DNA of 64,000 bases, taken from NCBI RefSeq assembly GCF_009914755.1, contig NC_060935.1; one strand, given 5' to 3'. Positions within the stretch are counted from its first letter, which is position 1. Every line of letters starts with the position of its first letter. Below are positions 1 to 18,501 of the stretch, one piece after another. The DNA comes from the human T2T-CHM13v2.0 reference genome, Homo sapiens. The position numbers and the translations under genes were made by a program. The notes below the pieces were generated by a model, which was not told where the DNA came from, did no database searches, and saw nothing but the letters and a program-made list of their open reading frames with translations.

Positions 1-313
1 ATATACTAGGAACTCAAAAAATGATTGCTAGACAAATTTAAGAGCCTTCATGGGATGAACAAAATATAAATCAGTTCTTATGAAAAAATGTATTTTTTAA
101 AGACTTTGAAAAAGAAAATGATATTCACATGTATACTCTTCTATTTTTATTTATATTTTAAAATATGACTTACGTCCACAAATATTAACTGTGGATTGAA
201 TCTGCATAAGAGAGAGCTTAAAATCCTCACTTGCCTCTTCAAATTTCTCTAGTTCAGCAATTCAGAGTAACTTAAGAAAAGTAAATAGAGTGCTAAATTA
301 AAAATTCACTCTT

Positions 314-636
<323 letters not shown>

Positions 637-793
637 TCACAGCATAAGACTGCTGGTACTACAGGAAATGAGACTGGTTTGAATTGTCTATGTAAGTTTT
701 TCAAGGATTTTTATTGACAATTTCAGGTGCTGCTCATAGTCTTCTGTCCACAAAACTATTATTAAATTTCAAACCCTCAAATGAAAAATATTA

Positions 794-952
<159 letters not shown>

Positions 953-3070
953 TCAACAATTCCAAGAACACACATCCTCTTATAGTATTAAAATGGCACA
1001 CTAAGCAGATGCTGTATCAAATCCCTCCCTAATCCCCTAAATATTAAGACTACTGAAAATCAGTTGAGTGTTTTAACTACCCACAGGGGCACAAATAATT
1101 TTAATTCAGGAACACACTTAGACATTAACTAGTCCAACATCTTCATTTCAAAGATAAGGAAGTTAAGGCCCAGACAGATTTAGTGACTTTCCACAAGTTA
1201 CACAATTAGTCAGTGGCTGAGCCAGGACTAGAACCTAGGTCTTCATGCTCTCTCTTTAGTACTATATTCTCTTCCCATTTCTCTAACATTTTGGTGGTGA
1301 TTTAACAAACACATACGCACACTATAGGCTAATGCATAATGATGCTGCCCACGTTGCTAGAGGAATACAAAGCGATCAGTATAAACTTATCTTGAAATAT
1401 GACCTCAATTGTAATGAACCACCAAAAAAGGAGAAAAAGTAGACAAATAGAGACTGAATAAACAAACAGCAAAAAAAGGCAGAAATGATCTTTAGGAGGT
1501 CTCTGTCATTAAACTGATGGCACAATGGACTCCACATGGCACAGGCAGTGTACTTCCTTTGCCTGAAGGAATATTCTGAGCAGCAGCAAATCCATCCATT
1601 ACCGAGGTCCCCAAATGGAGCTCTTCCGAACAAAAGTCTGAGACTATTTCCATTAGTGAACCACAAAAGCTGTTGCTAGTCAGCAACTTCAAGGTTATGC
1701 TTCTTTCATTTTGACTATGGATGTAAGCAAAAGGTTACACACAATGTAGATGTTTGCAGGGTGGGACTGCAGGTAACGAAAAGTGAATTTATAATAGAAA
1801 TGTAGGATAGTACATGCTTAATGCAAAATTTTGGTCTTGGAATCAATACAATAAATTCTTACATACATATCTCTGCCAAGTTTGGTGGAGTGTAGATTGT
1901 CTCTATGCATTACTAGGGACCTCCCGAATATGATCCTTCTCAAATTCAAGTATTCTGGCTATAATACAAAGTATTCAGTCAACAACTTGCCTTATGATGT
2001 GGACTGATTAAATATTCAAGCTCTAAATTAGCAGTCTCAGAAAGTATTAAAATGTACACTTAATCTGACAGCAACATGCCCAGAGGTGCTGCACAGAGCA
2101 CATTATAGAAAACCAATAAAATCTGATCAATAACATTACTGCATAAAATTTTTATCTCCTAGGAGCCAAGAATCATGGACATGAAACATTTCTTCCACAT
2201 GAACGTAGGCAACTATGAACATGAGTGCAGTAAACAAAGAAAGGAAGTGAAAAATCCAAAGGAAACGAGGGTGGGGAAGGGGAGGTGGAGAGGGAGGAGA
2301 AAATTTAACGGCTAAACATGATTGCCCAAGTTAGAACTGGTCAAATGCCACAAGAAACAGCACTGTAAATCTTAGGAAAATAACTGAGATTTTTTTTTAA
2401 ATCACACACCTAGTGGGAATTATTTTTAATACTTAACTAATGCTAAACATTACAAAAGGGCCCAGCAGCTTTCACTGCTTTAAAACTGCTAGCAAGGCTT
2501 ATCAAAGTTCCTAACGTTACCAAATGCTAATAAAGGAGAGAGTACAAAGGAAGAATAATACAGCCGTGCAAACAAAGTCCAAAAAAGTGAAAGCGGGTGG
2601 GGGAGTAAAAAGAATAAAAGGAAAGTAAATAGCAAGGAGTGGTTAAGTATTGTCAGTATGTGCCTCAAATAGGTTTCCAGTGTCACTTATTTATACTGTC
2701 CCGCAGCAAAGGGGCTCCTAAGTAGAAACATGAAGGCCAGAAAAGAGGCCAAAAATAAAAGCAAACACTTTCACCCAATTTTTCAGATTCCACCCATCAC
2801 CTCCAAGTATTTAAATATTTTAATACACATTCTAAAACCAGATATTTTATAAGGCTCTGAGTATCCCAAAATTATAAAGTTCATACATTACGGCCCATAC
2901 ACATCAGTAAGAGAAGACTAATAGATTATCTTTTTCTTTCACGTGAAACTGAAATAACTATTATTTAATCAGAATCAACAAAAAAGGAAACGTGAAAGGA
3001 ATTGCTAGCCACAGGCAGGCCATAGACAACATAAAGTGACAGCAAGAACAGATTTTAAAATTCCATAAAG

Positions 3071-3360
3071 AGGCCAGGAGCAGTGTCTCACGCCTGTAAT
3101 CCCAGCACTTTGGGAGGCTGAGGCGGGTGAATCACCTGAGGTCAGGAGTTTGAGACTAGCCTGACCAACATGGTAAAACCCAGTTTCTACTAAAAAATAC
3201 AAAAATTAGCCCGGTGTGGTAGTGCACACCTGTAGTCCCAGATACTCAGGAGGCTGAGGCAGAGGTTGCAGTGAGCCGAGATCACGCCACTGTGCTCTAG
3301 CCTGGGTGACACGGCGAGACTCTGTCAAAAAACAAAAAACAAAAAACAAAAAACAAAAAA
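3071..3360 (+). mobile_element. AluS with short right-arm deletion
   Basis: Alu consensus; (A6C)n tail. Confidence 0.93.
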
Positions 3361-3437
3361 CATAAACAGCAGTCACAGGAACTCAAAGGCATAGCAATTT
3401 GGAGACATTCTACACAAAGGTAAAGAATACTCCACAT

Positions 3438-3740
<303 letters not shown>

Positions 3741-4339
3741 AATACTTCACATAGTCAGTGGCAGGCTTTGAAAACGCTGCCATACAGAGAAGAACAATCC
3801 CTGATACTCACAGGAAGAACCTCGACTCACTGAGAAAGAAAGAGCAGAATCTTTTCTACTGGCTCACTGAGGAAGAGGGGAAAGTAAGTAATTCATTTTA
3901 GGAACACTTCCACTGGAATTTAGAAAAAATTGGTGCCTAAAGAGAAAATTCCTCAGTTATTTCAGAAACTTGGCTTTACTGAATGACTCATTCCTTGAGG
4001 ATTCTAAATAGCCAAGTTTTAGTACATAACAAGTATGTCAGTTTTATGAGCAAACAAGGTTATACAAAAAATATTTTTCATACTCAAACCAAGAAATAAC
4101 CTTAGATCCTTAAAGTGTCTTAAAAGTACTGTTCAAGTTTCCATTTTTCCCCCACATTTCTATATTTTAATTAACAAAACTGAAACTTACGAAAAATTTT
4201 TATTTGGAGGCTTAACATCTTTTAGCAAACCCAAAGTAACAGATCAAAGAAACACTACAAAATACTAGGTAACATATAACTATTACTTAATATGCCTTAT
4301 AGTACTACAGAAAGGGTTCTTTAAACAACTAATCCTAAG

Positions 4340-4385
4340 TATCACACATAAAGGTAGATAACTATCACACATAAAGGTAGGTAAC
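4340..4385 (+). repeat. 23-bp tandem duplication
   Basis: tatcacacataaaggtagataac / tatcacacataaaggtaggtaac. Confidence 0.9.
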
Positions 4386-4423
4386 AGAATTATATTCTCC
4401 AGGTCTTTACAAATACTAAGTGA

Positions 4424-4810
<387 letters not shown>

Positions 4811-4845
4811 ATGAATGTTTTTCAAATTTCATTTTAGTAATTTTT

Positions 4846-5490
<645 letters not shown>

Positions 5491-5501
5491 TAATAATAAT
5501 A

Positions 5502-5782
5502 TTTTTAAGACAGGATCTCACTCTCCTGCCCAGGCTGGAGTTCAGTGGCACAAACACGGATCACTGCAGCCTCCACCTCCTGGGCTCAAGTGATCCTCCT
5601 GCCTCAGCTTCCTGAGTAGGTGGGACTATAGGCACATGCCACCATGCCTGGCTAATTATTTTTACTAGAGACCAAGTCTCACTATGTTGCCTAGGCTGGT
5701 CTCCAACTCCTGGGCTCAAAAGATCCTCCTGCCTCAGCCTCCCCAAGTGCTGGGATTACAGATGTGAACCACTGCACCCTGA
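5502..5782 (-). mobile_element. AluJ
   Basis: Reverse Alu dimer. Confidence 0.92.
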
Positions 5783-5891
5783 CTACTTTATTTTTTTATT
5801 TCAATTTTTTTTTAGCTTGTCTTACTTTTTAATTGTTTACATATCTCTAAAAGTTTCAAGTAATCAATGTATAGTGTAGTCTACTTGTCAA

Positions 5892-5910
5892 TACCACCAC
5901 CTAGTGGCCA
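5892..5910 (-). promoter_or_regulatory. Candidate CTCF site (intron 4)
   Basis: Minus strand TGGCCACTAGGTGGTGGTA resembles the CTCF core; motif match only. Confidence 0.55.
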
Positions 5911-6559
5911 AAAGCCTACAAAACCTTCAGAACTAATAATTTATCAGCTGTTGAAGCCATGTGGTTAAAAAACAAAAAGGTATTTTTACGATTGTGTGGT
6001 TCAAGCACTACTGAAAATCCACATGGAAGCTGCATAGCAAAGTTTCTGACAGCATGTGTAACTGGACCCCTACAAACTATAATGGGATAACATTATATAA
6101 TTTGATTTATTTTCCTTTGTCTTATCAAAAGCATATGCCTTAAAGCCATGATGTTCTTTAGCTCTTTGACCAAAAGTTAATCTGAAGGAGCTTTTTCAAG
6201 GGGCAAGAACCTTCTTGGTGAGACTGGGGCTGTGTGAATTTGGATACAGCCCAAGGGAAGTCTATAACCACTATTACACAACCTCTGCAAATTAGGTGGA
6301 TCTGGAGAAGTACCACAGGAAGCCTCACAAAACCACGTGGAATAACAATAAACTTTATCTGCTGGATCACTCCTTGTCTTTGGGGCCCTCCCATCCACAG
6401 GGAGAGAAGGTCCCTTCACCTTAGCAACTTGTCAACCACATTAAACTGTGGCTTTCCCAGGTAGAGGGAAATGGTTGAGAAGCAAAGCTAAATGAGACAA
6501 AATGTCCTTAGTCATTAGATAGACCTACTTGATCAACACCAGTAACTCTTTAAAATTAG

Positions 6560-7370
6560 TGCTTACTTTACACAAAATATAGATCTATGACCAAGATGGA
6601 GAAACAGGAAACCAAAAACACTGTAAAACAACAACAAAAACAGTAACAATAAAAAGCAAACCCCATGAAACAATAGTTTTCAAGACAACAACAAAAGCCA
6701 TCTCTCTCTGAGATGGGAAACAAACATGGTAAACCCCTACCAGTAGACCAGCTTACTACCTTGAGATCTTTCAGGCCACAGCACAGGGAAGGGGAAAAAG
6801 TAAGGTAGAGCCCAGCAGACTCCCTGAGTTGAAGAGACACAACTCAGAGTCTGGAGAGACCCAAGTGGCTAGAGTTCATACGCTAGAATATCAGAGAGAG
6901 AGCTGCAGAGGGCCACCTTGTAGTATTAGGTAGATCAGTGCATTTGTGTGAGGAAACTATCCAATGCTAGGGAAAGAACCATCTAAAAAGATTAGAGAAA
7001 ACAGTGCCCAGTGCTCACATGCTGGCTGGAAACAATACCTGTTCCACAAACTAGAAAAACTCATCATTCTCAAGGCTGTAGGTCGGGACCTGAGGAAGGC
7101 TTTGCCTCAGTGAGGAATAAATAGTACTAGACTGAGCACTGCTACAGACCTGCTTAACAAATCACATAAGCAAGACCTCAAAGGATCAAAGCGATATCAA
7201 TAGCTGTGTGCAAACCCACAACACCCAACAAGGTAAAATTCACAATGTCTGGCACCCAAAGCTAGGTCATGTAGAGTCAAGAAACCATAACCCATAATGA
7301 AGAGACCAATCAAAACTAACCCATAACTAACAGACATGTTAACATCAGGAGAAAAAGACACAACTGTTTT
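6560..7370 (+). mobile_element. Old L1M (MC/MD-type) 5' region fragment
   Basis: Motifs such as aacaaggtaaaattcacaatgtctggca and taacccataatgaagaga typical of L1M 5'/ORF1 start. Confidence 0.6.
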
Positions 7371-7415
7371 TAAACAGTTATTAAAACTGTTTAAAGGGTC
7401 AAGAGGGAACTTTTA

Positions 7416-7589
<174 letters not shown>

Positions 7590-8470
7590 TTAGAAGTCAA
7601 AAGAGATACTGTTTAATAAAATCAGTTTCCAGGGTATTTCTTAAATAGCGCTTTGGAACCAAACTAAGATCCTTTCCTTCTTTATTTCTTAATATAACTG
7701 ATTTTAATCCACATTATTTCCACCAGGTAAGTGGAATGGTAGGACGGAATCAGAGACATGTAGGTTTGAATCTAGCTCAACTACTTATTAGCCAAGTAAC
7801 TGAGCTAATATCACTGAAGCTCATCTGTTATTTATCAAGTTTGTATCCATTAGCTGTGAACCACTTCCTACAAATAGGTTAGGATTAATTATGCAAAATA
7901 TCCACTGTTTGGCACACAGGAGTTCAAAATATTGTAGATATTAAAGATGTACACTCAAGGCTGGTGTTCAATTTTAAAATTACCTATATGTCTTGAAAGC
8001 CCATATCATTCATAATCAATTGGTGCAATTCATTACTATTATCAACGTGCTACTTCCATCTAGCAGAGTAGTAAAGATTTACAAAAAATTTGAAAGAAAA
8101 TTATGGCTCCACATTGAAATATGTCTACACTGCTCACATTCATGTTACAAGATTAAGACAGACACATCCTTTCAGACAAAAATCAAAGTTTTAATTAAAA
8201 AGATAACAGAGAAGCTAAAAAAGAGCTACACTGGCAGCCTGTTTCTTTCAGTCTCATCCATTCTTTTTAAGTCTTGTACAAATACAAACTTTTATGTCGT
8301 ATAGAAACAAGCACTATACTTACTAAAAGTGAAAATGTGACCATATCATAATTCTAGGGGTCAGAATTCCCTAATGATGGAATACTTCAAAATGATACTG
8401 AATCAGAGGGCTTCAGGGAAGATGAAGCCATCAACACCAACAGAAGCCAAGGAAGAACAATTTAAGAATA

Positions 8471-8807
8471 TAGTAGTCCCCCACTTACCCACAGGGGATA
8501 TGTTCCAAGACCCCCAGTGGACGCCTAAAACCACGGACAGTATCAAACCATATAAACATTATGTTTTTTCTTCCACAACAATGGCCAGGTAGTGTATAAA
8601 GTACAGATAAGCAGGACAAAAGGATGATTCACATTCTAGGCAGGATGGAGCAGGACGGCTCAAGATTCCATGACACAATGAGAATGGCATGCAATTTAAA
8701 ATTTAAGAATTATTTCTAGAATTTTCCATGTAGTATTTTGAGACCATAGTTCACCGTGGGCAACAAACCGTGAAAAGCAAAACCACAGACAAGGTTGAAC
8801 TACTACA
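8471..8807. mobile_element. Tigger-family MITE (MER82/MER44-like)
   Basis: TIR-like agtagtcccccactta... and ...aaggttgaactacta. Confidence 0.75.
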
Positions 8808-9401
8808 GTGAAACACATGGCAAATTTTTAGTAATCACAGATCCCTCTAAAAAAAACAAAAAGAAAAATGGTTACCGTCTATATTACGCTCTTGATTTCC
8901 AAATTATTCTACACTCTATTTCTCAGAAATCTTAGAACCTGATTTCTGATTTTACATCAATTAGAATTTCTTGGAAATTAAGGATGACATTTTAATAAAA
9001 ATTGCATTTTCTTCTTTTATTTCCTTACATTTCTTCCTATTACACTGAAAGAATACACAATGAATTAAAATGATGCAATTTTCCTATATTTCCTCATTTT
9101 TGTTCATTAAATATTTGAAGACAGGTGTAGCAAAAACACAGAGGATTCAAATGGCTAGAATATAAATTTCAGCTGTGCCACATCAGCTCATAATGTTAAG
9201 CAAATCACTTCATCTGGCTGGGCCTCATTTTCTCCATTGTAAATTTAAAGAATTTGATTAATAATCTTTTATTCTCTCTAACCTCTTTATCAAGCTTATA
9301 TATATGAAGCTAACAGAAGAGTCTTGCAAAAACAGGCATAAACATGTCTTAATACAGAATTTCTTGCCTCTATTCGGCCTAAGCCTTACAATACTACTGA
9401 T

Positions 9402-9600
9402 CGGCATCACCCAACAGAACTTTCTGTGATAAATGGAAATATTCTGTGCTATCCAATATAGTAGCCAGTAGCCACATGCAACTACTGAGCACTTGAAATG
9501 TGGGTAATGCCACTGAGGAACTGGATTTTTTTAATGAATTTTAATGGATTTAATACCAAACAGCCAAAGGTGGCTAGAGCCTACCATTATTGGATGATCG
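9402..9600. mobile_element. MER3-like hAT-Charlie element
   Basis: ccaacagaactttctgtgat...gtagccagtagccacatg...gagcacttgaaatgtgg. Confidence 0.75.
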
Positions 9601-9925
9601 GTTCTACATCATGCAAAAGTCATTCTTGGCTTTCCTAAGAATGAGCCCACCCTGGTATATCATGGTGGCTGACTGGGCATGCTTGTAAAAGCAGCAAGTT
9701 TTAACTGTGACACACACCACAGAGATGCAAAAATCAACACTTACCTCTCACTAAGCTATGTACATAAATAATTTTTGCTACTGCCTCTACAGGTCATATG
9801 GCTTGTTTCAATTATCTGTCACAAATGAAATATATTCTAAGTTTCATCTTCCTAATAATCACACTTAAAACAGATTGCTGTCTTAATTAAAGCCTAAACA
9901 GCCTCCACAAAAGTGTCAGAAATCA

Positions 9926-10081
<156 letters not shown>

Positions 10082-10614
10082 TCATTATATACAACCTTCA
10101 TTTTAATATCAACTTTGCAATAAGAATATTAAAATACTTAATGACAAAAGCTTTTACCCTTATTGGGTTAAATAATCTTCAGAATCTATGGATAATCTGT
10201 CGTATAAATAGAGCATAAAGTTATAAAATGAATTCCATAAGCTTTAAAATGGGAATAGAGTTAAGAATTTGTATAATTAATTCAGAATTAAGAGGTTGTA
10301 CAATTGCCCTTATTAAAAAGTTAGTTGGCCAAAACACTTTTTAAAAGATTACAGAATACATGGGAAAACTGCAAATCAAAATAAAATTTGCCGGGAATTC
10401 TCTGTCCTATTTTTGCAATTAAAAAAAAATTTTTTTTTACTTAGTTGACTGGTGATCTAAGCACATAAGGTGCTACTTTCTAGTTAATAAGACTAGGTTC
10501 GAGTTCAAGTTCTCCCATAGATTAACTGTATGACAACTATGGAAAGTCATCTAAGCTCATTTAAGAATCATCTGTCAAAAAAGGAGCTGGTAAATGATAG
10601 TACATCTGTTCTAA

Positions 10615-10776
<162 letters not shown>

Positions 10777-11202
10777 TAATTACAGTAAGTATGACAATAA
10801 GTGCCTTCCTAATAAACTATTGAAATATTATAATATAGCAATACAATAAATTTTATTTAAGTAAATAAGTCAGGAGATTCTCCATCCAGTTTTGTTTGCT
10901 TGCTAAATATATGCTATTCTTATATAATTTATATAAATAAGATTGTCCACTATTGCATTATGGGTGGGGAAATCTGGTATACTTTCATCAACCTGAGAGG
11001 GTAATTTGAGATGCTCTGACTTAAAATATGTACTACCTGACATATATGAATATAAGTATATCCTAAGGTTTCCGGGGAATATCTCAAAGAGACAGTCATC
11101 CTACAGAAATCTAAAATCTAGGTCCCATTAGACCCATGTGATTGCTATACTGATATAATCAAAACAATTACAAAGTTGTTTAAAAGGTTACCATTAATAT
11201 TA

Positions 11203-11498
<296 letters not shown>

Positions 11499-11684
11499 GT
11501 TACTATTACATCAGAACAATTTTTTTTTGTTCTGCCCAGTTAACCACATAGTCTCTGATCCATGAACCTATTCAATGTGTAAACAGCATTAACCCTAACA
11601 ATCCCCGGAATAGCAAAGCACTCTAACAAATTAGAATAATGTTCTCTTCCTCAGAGCTGATACCTAACATTAAAATGGTGTTAG

Positions 11685-11977
11685 TTTTTGGTTTGGGGGG
11701 TTTTTTGGAGACAGGGCTCTATCACACAGGCTGGACTGCAGTGGCAAGATCTTGGCTCACCACAGCCTTGACCTCCAGGGCTCAAGAGATGCTCTAGCCT
11801 CAACCGCCCGAGTAGTGGAGATTATTGGTGCACATCACCATGACAAACTCATTTTTATATTTTTGGTAGAGACGGGGTTTTAATATATCTAGACTGGTCT
11901 TAACTTGACTCAAGTGATCCGTCTGTCTCGGCCTCCCAAAGTGCTAGGACTACAGGCGTGAGCCACCACGCCTGACC
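11685..11977 (-). mobile_element. AluJ
   Basis: Diverged reverse Alu; tgttagtttt on both flanks. Confidence 0.9.
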
Positions 11978-12630
11978 TAGTGTTAGTTTTAAAACCTGAT
12001 GAATGAGACCATAAAGTTTCTTCCATTTATTCAACAGGCAATAATTTGTCATATTGTCAGCACTATGCTAGAGGCCAAGAATACAAAAAAGAGTGAGATG
12101 CCATTCCTAACCTCAGGAGATTAAGAGTCTAGCAGGAGGATTCAAATAGGAATACAGTTGATTACCATTCAATGTGATACATTTTAAGACAGATGTAGGC
12201 ACGGGACACTATGGGAGCACAAAAAAGGGGTACCTGACATAATCATGGGATGGGAACATCAGATGATGCCTAACTAAGCAGGAACTATGAAAGACAAGAG
12301 GAGAAGAGGCTGTATTGGGCAGAGGCAGCAACATGTACAAATGCTATTAGGAAAGAGCAGAACAGCTTAAGGGAGCCGCAGGTAATTAAGAAAGACTGAA
12401 GTGAAGCATAAGTAGGGGATATCAGCATGTGACAATGTCAAATAGAGGAGGAAAGGCCTGAGCTTGAAGGATCTTGATTCCAAATATTCGGAGTTGATCC
12501 TCAAAGCTATTAAAGCAGATCTGTTTCAAAAGATTACTCAGGGGTCCAACGTAAACACTGGAGTAGGGAAGTGAGAAGCACTAGAGGTGAAAAACAAAAA
12601 TCAAAGAATTCTTTTAAAAAACAAAACTCA

Positions 12631-12741
<111 letters not shown>

Positions 12742-13147
12742 CTAAGGAAGAGAAATATTTCCAATGTGAGCGTAAAACATTTTACGTTTTCATTACACAT
12801 ACACACACAGACTAAATGAAAGTAAAACATGTACTCACAATCCTGCCTCAACAAATCAACTTCTTTTAGTTCACCAATATGCACACTTAATTTTATATGT
12901 TCCAATCACAATAGGATACACACTTTGGTATTCTATCTTTTGTTTTCGTAATAATGCACAACATTTCGAATGGATGCCTAACATTCCTTCATGTTGATGA
13001 GCCTAATTCATATAATCAATCCTCCCAATATTGGCAATTCCAGGTATTTCCTCCCAGAGCCCTGCCCTCTGGCCCAACAATAAATAACAGGGCACATATC
13101 TTGGTGCCTTTCTCAGGATGTGGGGTGCGTCCTTCTTTCTGGTTTCA

Positions 13148-13550
<403 letters not shown>

Positions 13551-13983
13551 TTATTGAGCACTTTGTAATGTGCTTCTATTCTAACCTCTTTATAAATATT
13601 ATGCTACTTAATCGTCAGAAAAACTTAACGAAGTGGTTATCATTTTAGAGCTGATGAAACATTATTTAGAGATGTCACGATAACCTCTCTAAATAGTCCA
13701 GGACACAGTCACCGATTAGTAGAGTTGAGATTCAAAAGGAATTTCTTACTTCAAAGTTCATGTTCTTATCAACGAGCTTTTCTGGGATGCTATTATAATT
13801 CTGCCCCATCCCCAGCTCCTCTGCCTAGGGAACACATCTTTCAGGACTTGGCTGAAATATCACCTCATGCAAGATATCTTCCTTAACCTTCTCAGTTACG
13901 TAACTTCCTGTTTTCTTATAGTTCTTTACTTACCTTACTACCAACTATCCTATTGCTAAAATTATTTGTTTTAACCATTGGAG

Positions 13984-14270
13984 CAGGGCTGTCCAACAGA
14001 AACATAATGTGAGTCACATGTTTAATTTAAAATTTCTTTTTGTGGCCACGTTAAGCATAAAAATAGATGAAATATTTCACTTTAACCTATTATGCCCCAA
14101 ATATTATCAACATATAATCAATATAAAAACATATTGAGATATTTTGCATTCTTTTTGGTTCTTCAAAATTGGTATGTATTTTACACTTATAGCACATCTC
14201 AATTTGGACCAGACAAAGTTCAAGTGCTCAGAGCCAAAAGTGGCTGGTAGCTACCATATCAGACCTCACA
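13984..14270. mobile_element. MER33-like hAT-Charlie element
   Basis: cagggctgtccaacagaaacataatgtgagtcacatg...acacttatagcacatctcaatttggac. Confidence 0.75.
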
Positions 14271-14562
14271 GGACTAAACTGAAATCCTCTAACCTGGGCA
14301 GCAGGTTCTCTTTTCATCTTTGAATTTTCTCTTGACTAGCACACAAAGTATCATTAATGTATACCCAATCAATAGACCAACAGACCTATGGAAAGAATAT
14401 GGAACTCAAAGAGGAGCAGATTGGTCATACCGCTAAAAAGTAAAGGATATGTGAGGACAACAGAAATCACTGCAACGGCAAGCCATGACTGTGTCAGTAC
14501 AATCATGGGTGACAAAGCAAGAACCTACTCAAAAAATAAGTATTTATTATAACAACATCTAC

Positions 14563-14845
14563 CAGGCTTATGCCTGTAATCCCAGCATTTTGGGATGCCG
14601 AAGGAGGAGGACTGCTTGAGTCCAGGAGTTTGAGACCAGCCTGGGCAATACAGTGAGACTCATCTTCACAAAAAACTTAAAAAATTATAGAGTGTGGTGG
14701 TGCACGCCTATAGTTTCAGCTGCTCTGGAGGCCGAGGCAGGAGGATTGCTTGAGCCTGGGAGATGGAGGTTGTAGTCATCTGAGATCACATCACTGAGCT
14801 CCAGTCTGGGTGACAGAGCTAGACCCTGTCTCAAAAAATAAATAA
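14563..14845 (+). mobile_element. AluJ
   Basis: Diverged Alu dimer. Confidence 0.9.
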
Positions 14846-15499
14846 CCACATCAGTGTACTTCAGCAACCTAATAAGAAACAGTCAAACACCTTGTTTATT
14901 CTGCACCTCTTCTATGTGGAGCTGCTGCAAATAATATAATCAGCAAGAGAAACAATAGCAGCTAACATTTGTAGACTATGAGCCGCTGTTCTAAATATCT
15001 TACTTCCATTACCTCATTTAATTTTCAGGACTCAGGGACAATTATTATCTCTTTCCATAAGAGGAAAATAAGGAGTAGAACGCATAAACGCTATGCAGAG
15101 ATTTAAACCTAAGCAGCTTAACTCCAGAGCTCTTTCAAACTGCTACATTCCAGTCTTTCTCCGAATTCATTAAAAATAAATTACATGCAGACCCCCACAA
15201 TAGGCACTGAGGTCGCTAAAAGTTTAAAAGGCATGGTTTGAACAAGTATTTGCTGTCAGCCATGTGTGAATACAAAGGCAGGTAAGACACGGTTTCTGCT
15301 CTCAAGGAGGGAGGTCAAGACAACCACTTTATAAACCTGGATATTCAGTATAAGGGATAAAGATAGAGAAAGGGGGCTTGTTCATTTACACTTTTGGTAT
15401 GATTAACAAGTTTACAGGTAATACCCTGGAATCATGAAAGCAAAGTTCCAGCGCTTTACAGTTATCGGAACAGTTTTGTGAAAAGTAATGGAAATCAGA

Positions 15500-16260
<761 letters not shown>

Positions 16261-16905
16261 AAGGTTGTAGAGATTATCGCTGAAAGAACGTGGGAGCACA
16301 TCTGAGGGTCTTCATTTCTAAAGTTTCCAGGTGAGGCTGAGAAACTGAGAGGCAAGGAGTGACTGATGGAGAGGGAAACCGTCTCCATCAGTCAACAATA
16401 GGGATCCAAGTAAGAGGAGGCTCTTAGCTGTTAACAGGATTCGCTTGAAGAGATCAGTCGTTCCTTTCCTGAGTACTCCGCAGAGAAAAATCAGACATAG
16501 CCCCAATGCGCAAGTCACAGTTGTGTGGTATCAGACAGCTAAACAGACAGTTGCATAAAAGGGCGATCAGTTTGCCTGACAGAGCCTAAGCGTGGGACGC
16601 CAGAGATGGCTTCCTGGAGAAAGTAGTCCTCTGACAGGTAAATAAAAGGAACTGGAGGGACCTTGCATATGGCAGGCAAGACGGTGGGAAGATGTTGCAG
16701 AGACTGGAGGAAAGTCGAGTGTTTCCTGCCAGAATCCTCCAAGTCTCCCTCTTCCCTCTGCCCTCCAACACAGCTATCTGCATTTGTTTGACCTGGAAAC
16801 AATGACCCTTTTATATATTAGGCTACGTTTTATTAAAAAAAAAATTCTGTAACTCAATGACGGTCATTAAAAGGTTTTTAATCTAATTTAAAAAGTAAAA
16901 CGTTT

Positions 16906-17050
16906 GGCCAAGTGCGGTGGCTCACGCCTGTAATCCCAACTCTTAGGGAGGCAGAAGCAGGAGGATTGCTTCAGCCCAGGAGTTCAAGACCAGCGCTCGC
17001 CCTCGCTGTCTCTCTCCCGCTCCCTCTCACTCTCACTCTCTCTCTCTCAC
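16906..17050 (+). mobile_element. Alu left-arm fragment followed by (CT)-rich repeat
   Basis: ggccaagtgcggtggctcacgcc...gttcaagaccagc then ctctc tracts. Confidence 0.8.
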
Positions 17051-17799
17051 TTTTACCTTACTTAAAGTTGCTACTATTATTATACCCATTTTACAAATGA
17101 GAGAACTTACGCACAGAAAGGCTAGATGACCTACTTAAGGATACACATTCCCTAAGTGTGAGATTTAAACCCAGAAGTGCTGGCTCTATGCACTTAAGCA
17201 GTATGCTGTATTACATAGTGTCCCAAGGTGATCTGTTCCATCAAGGAGCTCATGCTTTAGAGATGGAGACAAGCAAGAAAAGAGACTACTGAAATATAAA
17301 CCAGTAAGTGCACACATAGATGTATGAGTTGTCTGCATTTGTTTGGACTGAAAAGTCACCCTTATATATTAGGCTACCTCTTAAATTTATCCAAAAAATT
17401 ATTTTTGATATTTTATCCAAATATTATATTGGATAAAATATAATACAATTATAATATATACATGTATCACAATTTTATATTTTATATAATATAAATGTGT
17501 TCCCTGGTTCTTTTAATAAATTAAAATTATAAATATAATAAAATTATAATTATAAATTATAATATATAATTAAATTATATTGGATATATTATATATTATA
17601 TACTTATAAAATATGTTGGATAAAATATAATATAGTCTAGAGAAGGAGAAAATTAAGCTGAATTTTTGAAGTGGATCAATATTTTGCCAGGTAGGCATGT
17701 AAGAAAATTTCCTGCCAGAAGGTGAACACGGAAGGTTGCCAGGAGGGCAAATGGCCTGGAAAAATTGTAAAATCATTCTTAAGACAGGCTAGAAAATAT

Positions 17800-18110
17800 C
17801 TCATCTGAAAATACTTGATGTTGGAGGTGGAACCTAGTGAGAAGTGTTTGGATCATGAAGGCCTTGGTGCCACCCTTGCAGGAGTGAATTCTCAGTCCAT
17901 TAGTTTTTGCAAAGCTGATTGTTGAAAAGAGCCTGGCACCCCCCTCCCTCTCTCTTCCTTCCTCTTTTGCCATGTGATGTTTGCTCCCCTTTGCCTTCCT
18001 GAATGGCTGAATGACAACAAACCTTGACATTATTTACTTTGAGTGGAAGCAGATTCTGGTGCGATGCTTCTTGCACAGCCTGCAGAACTGTGCAAATAAA
18101 TGAATACACT
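17800..18110 (+). mobile_element. MST (MaLR) LTR fragment
   Basis: tgttggaggtggaacctagtgagaagtgtttggatcatg...cagcctgcagaactgtg. Confidence 0.75.
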
Positions 18111-18135
18111 TCTTATCGATCAAAAAAAATATATA

Positions 18136-18501
<366 letters not shown>

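Noticed and set aside
6158-6464. Overlapping ORFs in intron 4 as a nested gene
   Set aside because: Short, no recognisable homology, no poly(A)/TSD or convincing splice context.
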